From Callorhinchus milii (Eukaryota), in contig NW_024704742.1 in assembly GCF_018977255.1 (NCBI RefSeq), forward strand, positions 91,638,001 through 91,702,000: 64,000 nucleotides of DNA. The letters run 5' to 3'. The notes beneath the pieces were generated by a model. That model saw only the letters and a list, made by a program, of their open reading frames with translations. It ran no database searches and was not told the origin of the DNA. Position 1 is the stretch's first letter. Each line of letters begins with the position of its first letter. A program made the position numbers and the translations under genes. Shown piece after piece: positions 63,673 to 64,000 of the stretch.

Positions 63673-64000
63673 GGAGTCCTGTAGCATAGTGGTTAGAGCA
63701 CTTGCCTCACAATCGAGAGACCTGGGTTTGATTCGCAGCAGGGTGAAACCTAGGGCAAGTTTCCTTCCTCTACACACCTGATAATAATCCCTCAAGAAAA
63801 AAACAATAATAATTTGATCACTCAATCCACGACTGTTTGTGGGACACTGCTGTGCGCAATTGGCTGCCGCGTGGGACGTCCTCCTGACGTGAAAGGCGCT
63901 TTATAAATGGAATCTTGTTGTTGTTGTTGTTTCACCCATAAAATAAACAGTCAATTCACTTTACAGTATATTCTGTGAAACGCTTTGAGACATCTAGAAG
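63673..64000 (+). mobile_element. SINE-A short form, running off the window end
   Basis: ggagtcctgtagcatagtgg; acacacctgataataatccc junction; gagacatctagaag. Confidence 0.88.
63873..63930 (+). mobile_element. L2 tail-only insertion inside a SINE-A
   Basis: gggacgtcctcctgacgtgaaaggcgctttataaatggaatcttgttgttg matches 45849-45905; host reads gccgcgt|ttcaccc. Confidence 0.88.

Overview
Eukaryotic, AT-rich, repeat-dense vertebrate DNA with no recognisable protein-coding gene; it looks intronic or intergenic. The repeats are L2 LINE fragments with (TTG)n tails, CR1 LINE 3' fragments, DeuSINE/SacSINE1-like SINEs, a second abundant tRNA-Ala-headed SINE (called SINE-A here), AmnSINE2-like relics and a Penelope-like hairpin. 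This set points to a cartilaginous fish, possibly a chimaera such as the elephant shark; that is an inference from recalled consensus sequences, not a search. Every protein-like ORF in the track is a decayed L2 or CR1 ORF2 piece or microsatellite read-through. The main observations are: two SINE-A subfamilies differing by a ~64-bp internal deletion, with opposite strand bias; several nested insertions that give a relative TE chronology; a tail-to-tail inverted SINE pair; an unclassified ~450-bp repeat in five same-strand copies; a hAT-type MITE; a strong CTCF motif; and enhancer-like unique islands. I found no evidence for a new multi-gene system. Repeat boundaries were read by eye and are approximate (about +/-10-20 bp) unless a target-site duplication (TSD) is given.
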